From NCBI GenBank assembly GCA_965199265.1, contig CBDAQV010000001.1, positions 316,180-380,179 on the forward strand: 64,000 nt of DNA. The letters run 5' to 3'. Positions 51,304 through 60,543 of the stretch are shown here, in pieces (position 1 is the first letter of the stretch; every line of letters starts with the position of its first letter). The stretch is from Alphaproteobacteria bacterium. GTDB lineage: Bacteria; Pseudomonadota; Alphaproteobacteria; CALMVH01. A program made the translations under genes and the position numbers. Under the pieces are notes generated by a model. The model was not told the origin of the DNA, made no database searches, and worked only from the letters and a program-made list of their open reading frames with translations.

Positions 51304-54186
51304 ATGTCGCTTGCCCGAAAACTCGTCTTTTCCCTCGCGCCCTTCTACGTGCTGTCGCTCGGGCTGGCGGCGCTGCTGCAGTTCCGGCTGCACGCGCCAG
51401 CGTTCCTATCCGTGGCGGTGACGCTCGTTCCCGTCGTATCGCTGCCCGCCATCGTGCGACGCGTGCTGCACCCGTTGAGCGAAGCGGCCAGCCTGCTTAG
51501 GGAAGAGAGGGCAGGGAGCATCGCCGGCGTCCCGAGGGAAATCGCGCCGTTCCTTGCCGCGCTGAGCATCGAACGCGAACGCACGGCCGCGATCCGTACG
51601 CGGGAAAAGGGGTATTTCGACAGCCTCGCGCACGAGTTCCGTGGCTGCCTCGGTATCCTGCAGGCACGGGTGGACCTGCTGTTCCGGGACGAGAAAAATG
51701 CCGAGTTCAGCGCCGACGTCGCTCGGCTGACCCGGCTTGTCAGCCAGCTGCTGCTTCGCGCTCGGCTTCGCGTGCGCAGCCTCGAGCTTGCCGAGCAGGA
51801 TCTTTCGCAGATCGTGCGCGGCGTGCTCCTAGAAATGGCGCCGATCGCCTTCGACGAGGGGAAATCGATCGGCTGCGATCTTCCGGAGGCGCCGGTCATC
51901 GCTCTGGCAAACCTCCCTGTCCTCCAGGACGGGCTGCGCAACCTGATCCTGAACGCAATCCAGCATACGCCTGCCGGAACGGAGGTTTCTGTCACGCTGA
52001 CCAGCGGCGGCGCGATTACGGTGCGCGATCACGGTCCGGGCATTCCCGAGATTTACCACGAAGAAGTTTTTCAGCCATTCTGGAAACTGCGGAACCAGAA
52101 CCGCAACGGCGCCGGCCTCGGCCTCACGATCGTGAGGGAAACAGCATTACTCCATAACGGTCGGGCCGCCGTTTCGACGCACGAGCAGAACGGGGCTGTG
52201 TTTTCCCTTGTCATTCCTGTCATAGGCAAGGCTGAGGATGACCGCCCGACTCCGCGTCAGCCTGTTTCGGGTTTCTGGAAACGCAAGGCGGCCCGCGCGG
52301 CGGTTGATTTTTCCGCTATCGTCAATTTTTCAGACGACGCAATATTCACCACCGACGCCCTCGGGAACATCACCAGCTGGAACGGGGCCGCCGAACGTAT
52401 TTTCGGGTACACCGCCTCGGACATGACCGGCAGGTATGCGCCGACGCTCCTTTCGAAAGATCGTGTCAGAGACAGGGATCTTATCCGCGAACGGATCGTG
52501 CAAGGGCTGGAGATCGAGCGTTACGACACCATCCTGCAGCACAGGGACGGCAGCACCGTTGCCGTGTCCCTCAGTGTTTCGCCGGTGTTCAATCACGATG
52601 GGGTTGTCATCGGCAGCACCTCCATCGCCCGAGATGTGCGTGAGCGCAAGCAATCGCAAAAAGCGTTGCAGGAGAAGCTGCATCTGCTTTCGACCATTAC
52701 CGACAACGCCGCCGAGGCGATGTTCATGTCCGATGCCGATAACCGGATCACGTTCATGAACCGTGCCGCCGAACATCTTTGCGGCTGGACCTTCGCCGAG
52801 ATCAAGGGCCGGTGCCTGCACGACGCGATTCATTACAGGTATCCGGATGGCAGCGCATTCCCGCGCGAGAAATGTCCCTTGCTCGGCATATACCGTACCC
52901 TGCAGCCGATTCGGGAGCTCGACGATGTCCTGGTGCATCGCGATGGCAGCCTGATCGACGTCGCCTACTCGAGCGCACCCATCGTTGTCGGCGGGGTCGT
53001 CACCGGGTCGGTGCTGGTCGTCCACGATATCCGGGATCGCAAGAAGGCGGAAGCGACCCTGCAGCAGGCGCAGAAGATGCGCGCCATCGGCGACCTGACC
53101 GGCGGCATGGCCCATGACTTCAACAACGTGCTTGCCATCATCATCGCCAACCTCGACGCGTTGCTGGAGGAAAAAACCGGCTCCGCCGATGCCGCGGAAC
53201 TGGCATCCAATGCGCTGCAGGCGGCGATCAGCGGCTCGGAGCTCACCCGGCGGCTGCTTGCCTTTGCGCGCCGGCAGTCGCTGCGGCCCGAGCCGATCGC
53301 GCTCAATGCCCTGATCGAGGCGACGGTGCGGCTTTTAAGGCGGACGCTCGGCCAGGAAATCGAAATCGAGCTTGCGTTGTCGCCCGCGCTCGGCACGATC
53401 GTCGCCGATCCGGCGCAGCTCGAGGCGACCCTGACCAACCTTGCCGCCAACGCGCGCGACGCGATGCCCGCAGGCGGCCGGTTGGCGATCAGGACCCGTA
53501 ACGAAACTCTGGATGAAAGCTACGCCGCCGCGCACCTCGACATCGTGCCGGGCGCGTACGTCGTGATGGAGGTCAGCGATACCGGCGCAGGCATGCCGCC
53601 TGAAGTGATGAGCCAGATTTTCGAACCGTTCTTTTCGACCAAGGACAGCCAGGGCGGCACAGGGCTGGGCCTGTCGATGGTGTTCGGCTTCATCAAACAG
53701 TCCGGCGGCCATGTCGCGGTTTCGAGCATCGTCGGCCAGGGCAGCTGCTTTCGCCTCTATTTCCCGCTCGCCGGGGTTGAAGCAAAGCCGTCGTCCCTGC
53801 ACGCCGCGACAAGCCCTGTCTACGGCAAGGGGCAAACGGTCCTTGCGGTCGAGGACAGCACTGCGCTGCGCCTTATCCTGATTCGCCACCTGAAGGACCT
53901 TGGTTATCGCACGCTTGAAGCCGCCGACGCCGCGGCCGCGCTCGGGATTCTCGAGCAGCAGCCGGTCGATCTGCTGTTTACCGACGTTGTGATGCCGGGG
54001 ATGAGCGGCTTCGACCTGGTCGGGATCGTCCGGCGGCGCTGGCCAGCAACCCGGATTGTCGTGACGTCGGGTTTTCCCGAGCTGAAGGTCAGCGACGCGG
54101 CTCCAGGCCGTGGGAACGTTAGTCTGGTCGTCAAGCCTTACCGCAAGGACGAGCTTTCGCGCGCCCTTGCCGACGCCTTGGGCTGA
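51304..54186 (+). CDS. Hybrid sensor histidine kinase with two HisKA-HATPase cores, two PAS domains and a C-terminal receiver
   Basis: Core 1 has SLAHEFRGCLG and …GLGLTIV. PAS x2 follow. Core 2 has GGMAHDFNNVL and …GTGLGLSMV. The receiver reads VLAVEDSTALR…DLLFTDVVMPGMSG. Confidence 0.85.
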   Translation: MSLARKLVFSLAPFYVLSLGLAALLQFRLHAPAFLSVAVTLVPVVSLPAIVRRVLHPLSEAASLLREERAGSIAGVPREIAPFLAALSIERERTAAIRTREKGYFDSLAHEFRGCLGILQARVDLLFRDEKNAEFSADVARLTRLVSQLLLRARLRVRSLELAEQDLSQIVRGVLLEMAPIAFDEGKSIGCDLPEAPVIALANLPVLQDGLRNLILNAIQHTPAGTEVSVTLTSGGAITVRDHGPGIPEIYHEEVFQPFWKLRNQNRNGAGLGLTIVRETALLHNGRAAVSTHEQNGAVFSLVIPVIGKAEDDRPTPRQPVSGFWKRKAARAAVDFSAIVNFSDDAIFTTDALGNITSWNGAAERIFGYTASDMTGRYAPTLLSKDRVRDRDLIRERIVQGLEIERYDTILQHRDGSTVAVSLSVSPVFNHDGVVIGSTSIARDVRERKQSQKALQEKLHLLSTITDNAAEAMFMSDADNRITFMNRAAEHLCGWTFAEIKGRCLHDAIHYRYPDGSAFPREKCPLLGIYRTLQPIRELDDVLVHRDGSLIDVAYSSAPIVVGGVVTGSVLVVHDIRDRKKAEATLQQAQKMRAIGDLTGGMAHDFNNVLAIIIANLDALLEEKTGSADAAELASNALQAAISGSELTRRLLAFARRQSLRPEPIALNALIEATVRLLRRTLGQEIEIELALSPALGTIVADPAQLEATLTNLAANARDAMPAGGRLAIRTRNETLDESYAAAHLDIVPGAYVVMEVSDTGAGMPPEVMSQIFEPFFSTKDSQGGTGLGLSMVFGFIKQSGGHVAVSSIVGQGSCFRLYFPLAGVEAKPSSLHAATSPVYGKGQTVLAVEDSTALRLILIRHLKDLGYRTLEAADAAAALGILEQQPVDLLFTDVVMPGMSGFDLVGIVRRRWPATRIVVTSGFPELKVSDAAPGRGNVSLVVKPYRKDELSRALADALG

Positions 54187-54262
54187 TTTTACCGCCGTTT
54201 TAGTGGGAACGCTCGGAAGGCGCGATGGTTGACAAGGAACCTCAGCAAACCGGAAGGCGGCC

Positions 54263-55372
54263 ATGACCGATCCCACCACCGCGACGATCAACCCCGTTCG
54301 CTTCGAGCCTTCGATGGAGCACCTCGAGAAGAACGAGTCAGAAACGATCGCCACGCTCGAGGAAACCATGACCAAAATTCGCGAAAAGACCTACTCGGAC
54401 ATGGGTCACGCGGTTCGCAGTGTCCACGCCAAGAGCCATGGCGTCCTGCGCGGCCGCCTGAAGGTGATCGACCGCCTGCCGCCCATGCTGGCGCAGGGTA
54501 TCTTTGCCAAGCCCGCGACCTATCCGGTGGCCATGCGGCTGTCTACGCTTCCTGGCGACATCCTCGACGACAGCGTTTCGACTCCGCGCGGGCTTGCCCT
54601 CAAGGTCGTCGGTGTCGAAGGCGCGCGCCTGCCCGGCAGCGAGGGCGAGGAGGTACAGGACTTCGTGATGGTGAACGCGCCCGCCTTCGCGGCGGGTACG
54701 GCAAAGGAGTTCGTCGGCAACCTGAAACTGCTTGCCGCGACGACGGACAAGGCCGAAGGGGCAAAGAAGGTGCTGTCCGCGATCAACCGCGGCGCCGAAG
54801 CCGTGATCGAAGCGTTCGGCCTGAAAAGCTCCATGATCTCGACCATGGGCGGGCAGGCCGAAACCCATATCCTCGGCGAAACCTTCTACTCGCAGGTACC
54901 GATCCTCTACGGCGAGTACATCGCCAAGGTTTCGGTAGCGCCCATTGCTCCGGCCTTGACTGCTCTGACCAAGGCGCCACTCGACGTCAGCGGCAAGCCG
55001 AACGGCTTGCGCGAGGCGGTGCGGGAGTTCTTCGCCTTCCAAGGCGGCGAGTGGGAACTGCGCGTGCAGCTTTGCACAGACATCGACAAGATGCCGATCG
55101 AGAACGCGGCGAAAATCTGGCCTGAAAACGAAAGCCCTTACATCGCCGTGGCCCGCATCACGGCCCCGCCGCAGGACAGTTGGAGCGCTGAGGCAGTTCA
55201 GGCGATTGACGAGGGATTGGCGTTCGGCCCGTGGAACGGCATTGACGCGCACCGCCCGCTCGGCTCGGTGATGCGGGCGCGCAACGCGGCCTATGCGCAG
55301 TCGGCGCAGTTCCGTTCGGAAAGGAACGGCTGCCCGGTCCACAAGCCGCGCAAGGATCCGGTTTCGGCCTGA
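54263..55372 (+). CDS. Catalase-related (catalase-fold haem) protein
   Basis: …RSVHAKSHGVLRGRLKV… and …PGDILDDSVSTPRGLALKV… mirror the catalase core motifs. Confidence 0.65.
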   Translation: MTDPTTATINPVRFEPSMEHLEKNESETIATLEETMTKIREKTYSDMGHAVRSVHAKSHGVLRGRLKVIDRLPPMLAQGIFAKPATYPVAMRLSTLPGDILDDSVSTPRGLALKVVGVEGARLPGSEGEEVQDFVMVNAPAFAAGTAKEFVGNLKLLAATTDKAEGAKKVLSAINRGAEAVIEAFGLKSSMISTMGGQAETHILGETFYSQVPILYGEYIAKVSVAPIAPALTALTKAPLDVSGKPNGLREAVREFFAFQGGEWELRVQLCTDIDKMPIENAAKIWPENESPYIAVARITAPPQDSWSAEAVQAIDEGLAFGPWNGIDAHRPLGSVMRARNAAYAQSAQFRSERNGCPVHKPRKDPVSA

Positions 55373-55425
55373 GCCTCGTTCCTGGGCAGGCTGGCAGGGC
55401 GCGGCGCGATTTGTTAGAAGGGGCG

Positions 55426-56154
55426 ATGAGCTACACGGTTGCCGCCTTTTACCGTTTCGTGACGCTCGCGGACCCGTCGACGCTGCGCGACGACCTCTGT
55501 TCGCTGTTCGCCGCAGACCGCTTGTGCGGCACGTTGCTGATCGCCGGCGAGGGCGTGAACGGCACACTCGCCGGATCGGCTCAAACCATTGATAGGTTAC
55601 TGACCGTACTTTCCGATCGAGTCGGACTCGACCGGGCCGGGGTGAAGTTTTCCAGGGCCGACCGTGCGCCGTTCGGGCGTCTGAAATTCAAGCTGAAACG
55701 CGAGATCCTTACCTTCAACGAACCTGGTCTCGATCCGGCTAGGCCAGGCCACTATGTACCACCTGCGGACTGGAACGCGCTGATCGCCGATCCGGACATC
55801 CTGCTCCTCGATACCAGGAACCGGTACGAGATCGATCTAGGCACCTTCGCCGGCGCGATCGATCCCGGCATCGAGACATTCAGCCAGTTCGCTCGCTACG
55901 TCCGCGAAACCCTTGACCCGGGGCGGCACCGCAAGGTGGCGATGTTCTGCACCGGCGGCATCCGCTGCGAGAAAGCCTCCGCCTTCATGCGCCGGGAAGG
56001 CTTTGCCGAAGTCTACCACCTCAAGGGCGGGATCCTGAAATACCTCGAGGAAGTGCCGCGCGAGGAAAGCCGCTGGCATGGCGAATGCTTTGTCTTCGAC
56101 GAGCGTGGCTCGCTGGGGCATGGGATTTTGCAGCGCTGTGACGTCTTCGATTGA
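55426..56154 (+). CDS. Rhodanese-domain protein of the UPF0176/YceA (TrhO) family
   Basis: …AAFYRFVTLADPSTLRDDLCSLF… and …MFCTGGIRCEKASAFM… are present. Confidence 0.7.
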   Translation: MSYTVAAFYRFVTLADPSTLRDDLCSLFAADRLCGTLLIAGEGVNGTLAGSAQTIDRLLTVLSDRVGLDRAGVKFSRADRAPFGRLKFKLKREILTFNEPGLDPARPGHYVPPADWNALIADPDILLLDTRNRYEIDLGTFAGAIDPGIETFSQFARYVRETLDPGRHRKVAMFCTGGIRCEKASAFMRREGFAEVYHLKGGILKYLEEVPREESRWHGECFVFDERGSLGHGILQRCDVFD

Positions 56155-56272
56155 AGTAATTATACCGTCATCCTCGGCCAAAGCCGGGGATCTTTCCCCA
56201 AGGCAGCACTGTCCTGATAGAGATCCTCCGTTTTCGCTAAGGATGACAGGTCGTACTGTGATGAAGCTGACG

Positions 56273-56848
56273 CTACTTCGTCGGGAAGAACGGCAACAGC
56301 GCCGCGCTGCTGCGTTCGATCAGATGCACGAAAGCGTCGGCTTCGCGCTTGTCGCGCATGTGCGGCTTGAACTCGGCGACGATCTGCTGCCAGACGGCAG
56401 CCGGTACTTTCTCCAGCACGCGTTCATCAACCAGGATTTCGACGTGGCGCTCGAGTTTCGAACAGAACAGCAGCACCAGCGGCTCGTCGTGCCGGGACTT
56501 CAGCTTGACATGCGCATAGGTCAGCCTCGCCTGACGCCACGCCGCCTTGCGCAGGCTCGCGTTCGGCACCAGCTCGTGCCGCAGCCAGCGGTTCTGCAGG
56601 CAGGCGAGCGCGGCCAGCGCGATGACGAACTCGATCGCCATCAGGAAATCACTTGTGAGCGGCGGGCCCGCGAGCGCCACGACAAAACCGCCGACCAGGG
56701 CGGCGATCAGCGAATGCAACAGCGCGAATGAGCCGTAGCGGCTGCTGAACGGGACGGAGACCAGCCGGATGTCGGCCGCAACCCTGCGCTTGGCGGCGGC
56801 GATCGCGGAAGTAACGCGCGCGTGATCGGCATCGTGCGCGATCACCAT
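56273..56848 (-). CDS. Hypothetical membrane protein (third gene of the lemA-TPM cluster)
   Basis: TM helices are present and the gene overlaps the TPM gene stop. Confidence 0.5.
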   Translation of the reverse strand: MVIAHDADHARVTSAIAAAKRRVAADIRLVSVPFSSRYGSFALLHSLIAALVGGFVVALAGPPLTSDFLMAIEFVIALAALACLQNRWLRHELVPNASLRKAAWRQARLTYAHVKLKSRHDEPLVLLFCSKLERHVEILVDERVLEKVPAAVWQQIVAEFKPHMRDKREADAFVHLIERSSAALLPFFPTK

Positions 56849-57621
56849 GAGCCGGATGCTCCGCCGCCGCCGAACGACCCACCGCCGCCCGAGAAACTAT
56901 CCTCGCGTTGATTGCCGCCGCTACTCCAGCTCTGCGAGGCCAAAAGCCCCAAGGGCAGCCACAGACCTGACCCGCCGGAGCGACGCATGAACAAGACCAG
57001 CAGGATGATGAAAAAGAGTGCGCCGGGGCCGATGATCCCTGCGCCGGAACCGGCGATTGCGTTCCTGGCATAGACGTTCGGGCCTTCGGTCTGTGATGAC
57101 ACGACGGGCAGGCTTTGCGCATTGTCCTGCTCACCCAGCACCTGCAACAACGCGCCCGTGCCGTCGACGACCCCTTTGGCAAGGTCGCCTGCCTTGAAGT
57201 CCGGCACGATGATGCCGTTGATGATCTCCGAACTCTTCGCGTCGGTCAGCGTTCCTTCCAGGCCATAGCCAACCTCGATCCGCACCTTGTGCTCCGCCGG
57301 GGCGACCAGCAGGATGGCGCCGCTGTCCTTGCCTTGTCTGCCGATGCCCCAGGCGCGGCCCAGCTGGTAGCCGTAGTCCTCGATCGTCTGCCCTTGCAGC
57401 GAGGACACGACCGCGACCACGACCTGCTGCCCCGTCTTCGCTTCATGCTGAGCCAGCTCGGCTGTCAGCTGCTGCGTTACAGGCAGGCTGAGCACATGCG
57501 CCTGGTCGACGACACGCCCGGTCAGCGGAGGAAAGTCGAGCACCGCGGCGAGGCAGGGGCCGGACCAAAGCAGCGCCAGCGCAAGGCCCATCGCGGCGAG
57601 GCACCGCGCGCGGTTGCCCAC
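56842..57621 (-). CDS. TPM-domain (YgcG-like) protein with a Gly-rich C-terminus
   Basis: A signal peptide and the TPM domain …LTGRVVDQAHVLS…VVVAVVSSLQGQTIEDY… are followed by a TM segment and a GGSGG tail. Confidence 0.8.
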   Translation of the reverse strand: MGNRARCLAAMGLALALLWSGPCLAAVLDFPPLTGRVVDQAHVLSLPVTQQLTAELAQHEAKTGQQVVVAVVSSLQGQTIEDYGYQLGRAWGIGRQGKDSGAILLVAPAEHKVRIEVGYGLEGTLTDAKSSEIINGIIVPDFKAGDLAKGVVDGTGALLQVLGEQDNAQSLPVVSSQTEGPNVYARNAIAGSGAGIIGPGALFFIILLVLFMRRSGGSGLWLPLGLLASQSWSSGGNQREDSFSGGGGSFGGGGASGSW

Positions 57622-58226
57622 TAGAACTTCACCTGAGGCGCCTGCTGCGCTTCCTCGGAGATGCTGAACGTCTCGCGCGGCTTTAGGTCGGGGTACATGA
57701 CCGAGGCGATCCAGCGGTTCGGGATCGTACGCAGCGCGGTGTTATAGTCCTGCACGGCGGCGATGTAGTCCCGCCTTGCCACCGTGATGCGGTTTTCCGT
57801 GCCCTCGAGCTGGCTTTGCAGGTCGGAGAACTGCCGGTCGGCCTTCAGGTCCGGGTACTTCTCCGAAGCCACCATCAGGTGCGACAGCGCGCCGCCCAGC
57901 TGCCCTTGCGCCTGCTCGAACTGCTTGAAGGCTTCCGGGTTCTGCGTCAGGTCGCCGGCGTTGACGGTCACGGCCGTCGCCTTGGCGCGGGCTTCGGTCA
58001 CCTCCACCAACGTGTCTTTCTCGAAGGCGGCGTAGCCCTTCACGGTCGCGACCAGATTGGGAATCAGGTCCGAGCGCCGCTGATACTCGTTGAGCACCTG
58101 CGACCACGACGCTTTCGCCTTCTCGTCCAGCGTCGGCAATTGGTTGACCGCGCCGCAACCGGACAGGCTGGCGGCGAGGACAAATAGGAAAACGAATTTG
58201 GTGATGGTATGGCTGAACAGGCGCAT
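57621..58226 (-). CDS. lemA: LemA-family protein
   Basis: …LDEKAKASWSQVLNEYQRRSDLIPNLV… is canonical LemA. Confidence 0.85.
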   Translation of the reverse strand: MRLFSHTITKFVFLFVLAASLSGCGAVNQLPTLDEKAKASWSQVLNEYQRRSDLIPNLVATVKGYAAFEKDTLVEVTEARAKATAVTVNAGDLTQNPEAFKQFEQAQGQLGGALSHLMVASEKYPDLKADRQFSDLQSQLEGTENRITVARRDYIAAVQDYNTALRTIPNRWIASVMYPDLKPRETFSISEEAQQAPQVKF

Positions 58227-58346
58227 GAGATTCCTTGTTTCGCAGGCTTCTAGCATGCTTGAGCCTACAGCGGAACAGCCTCGACTCATGCAAAAAGGCG
58301 ATTGCATAGAGATTAATAATTTGGTAATCCATTCATTAAAATTTTG

Positions 58347-59438
58347 ATGATCCAAGCCATGATGTCCGATCCTGATCAGTCCGAGGCGCAACTTGGTCGT
58401 CCCATACACAGCAGGCCTTGGCAACGGCTCCTCGGGAGAATCGCAATTGGCACCGTAGCCACGTTGGGCCTCGCGGAAATGACGCTTTTTGGCGCGGTCG
58501 GCTATATTATACATTGTGACAACACCCATCCCGTGAAAGCCGCCGATTCATTTGCGAATGTGAATGGCTATCAGGCGACGTCGCATGGTGTACTCAGTTC
58601 TACTCGCCAAATGGACACAGGAGCCTTTTTCACCGAGTTCGATGCAGAAGCGCGCCGCGACGGTGGACTCGATCGGGCATTTGCAGCGGCAAAGGACAAA
58701 GCCGATCCGATTTCGCTCCGGCTTGCCGCGGCGCAGGCTGTGATCGAAGTGACAAGCGGCATCGAGGACATGGGCGTGAAGGTGCAGGCGGTGAACTCAT
58801 TCGTCAGCCGCACGATTGGCTATGATCAGGAGAAAGCGAATTCGTCCTGGAAAGTCGATCATTCGACATGGCTGCAAACTCCCGATGAAACCTTGAGTAA
58901 AGGCAAGGGAGTGTGCGGGGATGTCGCGCTCTTGAAAATGGCCATGTTGCTCCGGGTTGGTTTCAGGCCGGAGAATGTTGGAATTCTGGAGATTTCAGCC
59001 GATAAGGATGGAACAAGCGATCTGCATGTCGTGGCTCTGGTCCGGATCGACAAGCGTAACTATATTCTCAACAACGACAAAAATCCCAATTTCGACCCTG
59101 CCGACCAGTTGCTTCATCAACTGCACCTTACACCTGCGGGGTGGTACACGGGAGGTATGGAAAAAAAAGATACCGCGTACCCGTTGGCTATAGTGGGCTT
59201 GCGCGGAAAAACCCTTCTGAGCGAAAACAAGACGGCCAGGGAGGATACCGATCCAAATGGATGGTATCTAAGCCGCAGTTTGGCCGAGGATATGGATCGG
59301 CTCGGTCGAGTCTGGTATGTCAGCGACATCCTACAATACAACGTGCAAAATCTCGCTGCCGGTAAGCCGCTGCTGAAGCTGCAGACCATGCCGAAATCAG
59401 CCGCTACTCCTCCCCCTTCGCGGCACGCCGGTAGCTGA
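58347..59438 (+). CDS. Transglutaminase-like cysteine-protease-fold protein (membrane-anchored)
   Basis: Candidate Cys/His/Asp triad residues are read by eye: GKGVCGDVALL (Cys), DLHVVALV (His), and NNDKNP (Asp). An N-terminal TM helix is present. The GC content is locally lower. Confidence 0.65.
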   Translation: MIQAMMSDPDQSEAQLGRPIHSRPWQRLLGRIAIGTVATLGLAEMTLFGAVGYIIHCDNTHPVKAADSFANVNGYQATSHGVLSSTRQMDTGAFFTEFDAEARRDGGLDRAFAAAKDKADPISLRLAAAQAVIEVTSGIEDMGVKVQAVNSFVSRTIGYDQEKANSSWKVDHSTWLQTPDETLSKGKGVCGDVALLKMAMLLRVGFRPENVGILEISADKDGTSDLHVVALVRIDKRNYILNNDKNPNFDPADQLLHQLHLTPAGWYTGGMEKKDTAYPLAIVGLRGKTLLSENKTAREDTDPNGWYLSRSLAEDMDRLGRVWYVSDILQYNVQNLAAGKPLLKLQTMPKSAATPPPSRHAGS

Positions 59439-60213
59439 CAATCCCGCGCTTGGAGGCGCGCAGGAAGTCGATCAGGCGCATCGCGGGTTCGAAGTCGCCG
59501 TGCGCCTGGAACGCCGCCTCGATCTTCTCCTCGAACTTTCCAGGTCTGACGAAGATCGCCTTGAACACCGTGTTCAGGCGGGCGATGTCCTCGGCGGAAA
59601 AGCCGCCGCGCTCGAGCCCCACGCGGTTGATGGTAACCAGCCGCGCGCGGTCGCCCTGGACGATGCAGAAAGGCGGCACGTCCTGGCTGACCATCGAGCC
59701 CGCGCCGAGGAAGGCGTGGTCTCCGACGCGGCAGAACTGGTGGATGCCGGACAGGCCGCCGAAGATCACGTGGTTGCCGACCGTCGAGTGGCCGCCGAGG
59801 GCCGCTGAGTTGGTGATCCAGTTGTGGTTTCCGATAACGCAGTCATGCGCGACGTGGCAGCACGCCATCAGCAGGTTGTTCGAGCCCAGCCGCGTCACGC
59901 CGCCGAACTGTTCGAGGCCTGGCTGTACTGTCACGTACTCGCGCAGGATGTTGTTGTCGCCGATCTCCAGCCGCGAGGTGCCACCGAGGAACTTCAGGTC
60001 CTGCGGCTGCGCCCCGACGGAGGCGAACTGATAGATCTGGTTGCCCTCGCCCAGCCAGGTGTCGCCTTCTAGCACCACGTGGCTGCCGATCCGGTTGTTC
60101 GGACCCATCCGCACCTGCGGTCCGATTACGGAGTAAGGCCCTACGCTCGAGCCCGCGCCTATGATCGCGCTGTCGTGAACGATGGCTGTCGGGTGTATCC
60201 CTTCAAACCACAT
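59404..60213 (-). CDS. lpxA: Acyl-ACP--UDP-N-acetylglucosamine O-acyltransferase
   Basis: Left-handed beta-helix hexapeptide repeats and …QFASVGAQPQDLK…HVAHDC… match LpxA over its full length. Confidence 0.9.
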   Translation of the reverse strand: MWFEGIHPTAIVHDSAIIGAGSSVGPYSVIGPQVRMGPNNRIGSHVVLEGDTWLGEGNQIYQFASVGAQPQDLKFLGGTSRLEIGDNNILREYVTVQPGLEQFGGVTRLGSNNLLMACCHVAHDCVIGNHNWITNSAALGGHSTVGNHVIFGGLSGIHQFCRVGDHAFLGAGSMVSQDVPPFCIVQGDRARLVTINRVGLERGGFSAEDIARLNTVFKAIFVRPGKFEEKIEAAFQAHGDFEPAMRLIDFLRASKRGIVSYRRAAKGEE

Positions 60214-60543
60214 ATATCCCCCTGTTGGCTGTGCTGGACATGGAGGCGGCTGCCCCGCGCCCGTGATAGCGGGTCGGCAGCCTGGCGCTTCCTCACATAC
60301 TGTTACCGAATGTTGCACGGGATCGGAACCCCTTGGCTGAACAACGCAGGCGCTCTTTCCAGCCTGTCAGGGGCAATCTCTTAAAGAACGAATATGACCG
60401 TCATTCCGGCCGGCATGGCTGAATCCGTACCTCCGGTACAGCGGCGCGGTCGGTATGGATTCCGTGCTGCGCAGGGGATGACATCGGACTGCGAGGATCG
60501 CTGGGGAAAGTTGGGAGTTCTTCAAGAGGTCAACCCTGGTAAG

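Noticed and set aside
54338-55567. A 409-aa reverse-strand ORF antisense to the catalase-related gene, and a + strand frame at 54229-55125.
   Set aside because: The catalase-like motifs identify the + strand frame starting at 54263. The others are GC-artefact frames.
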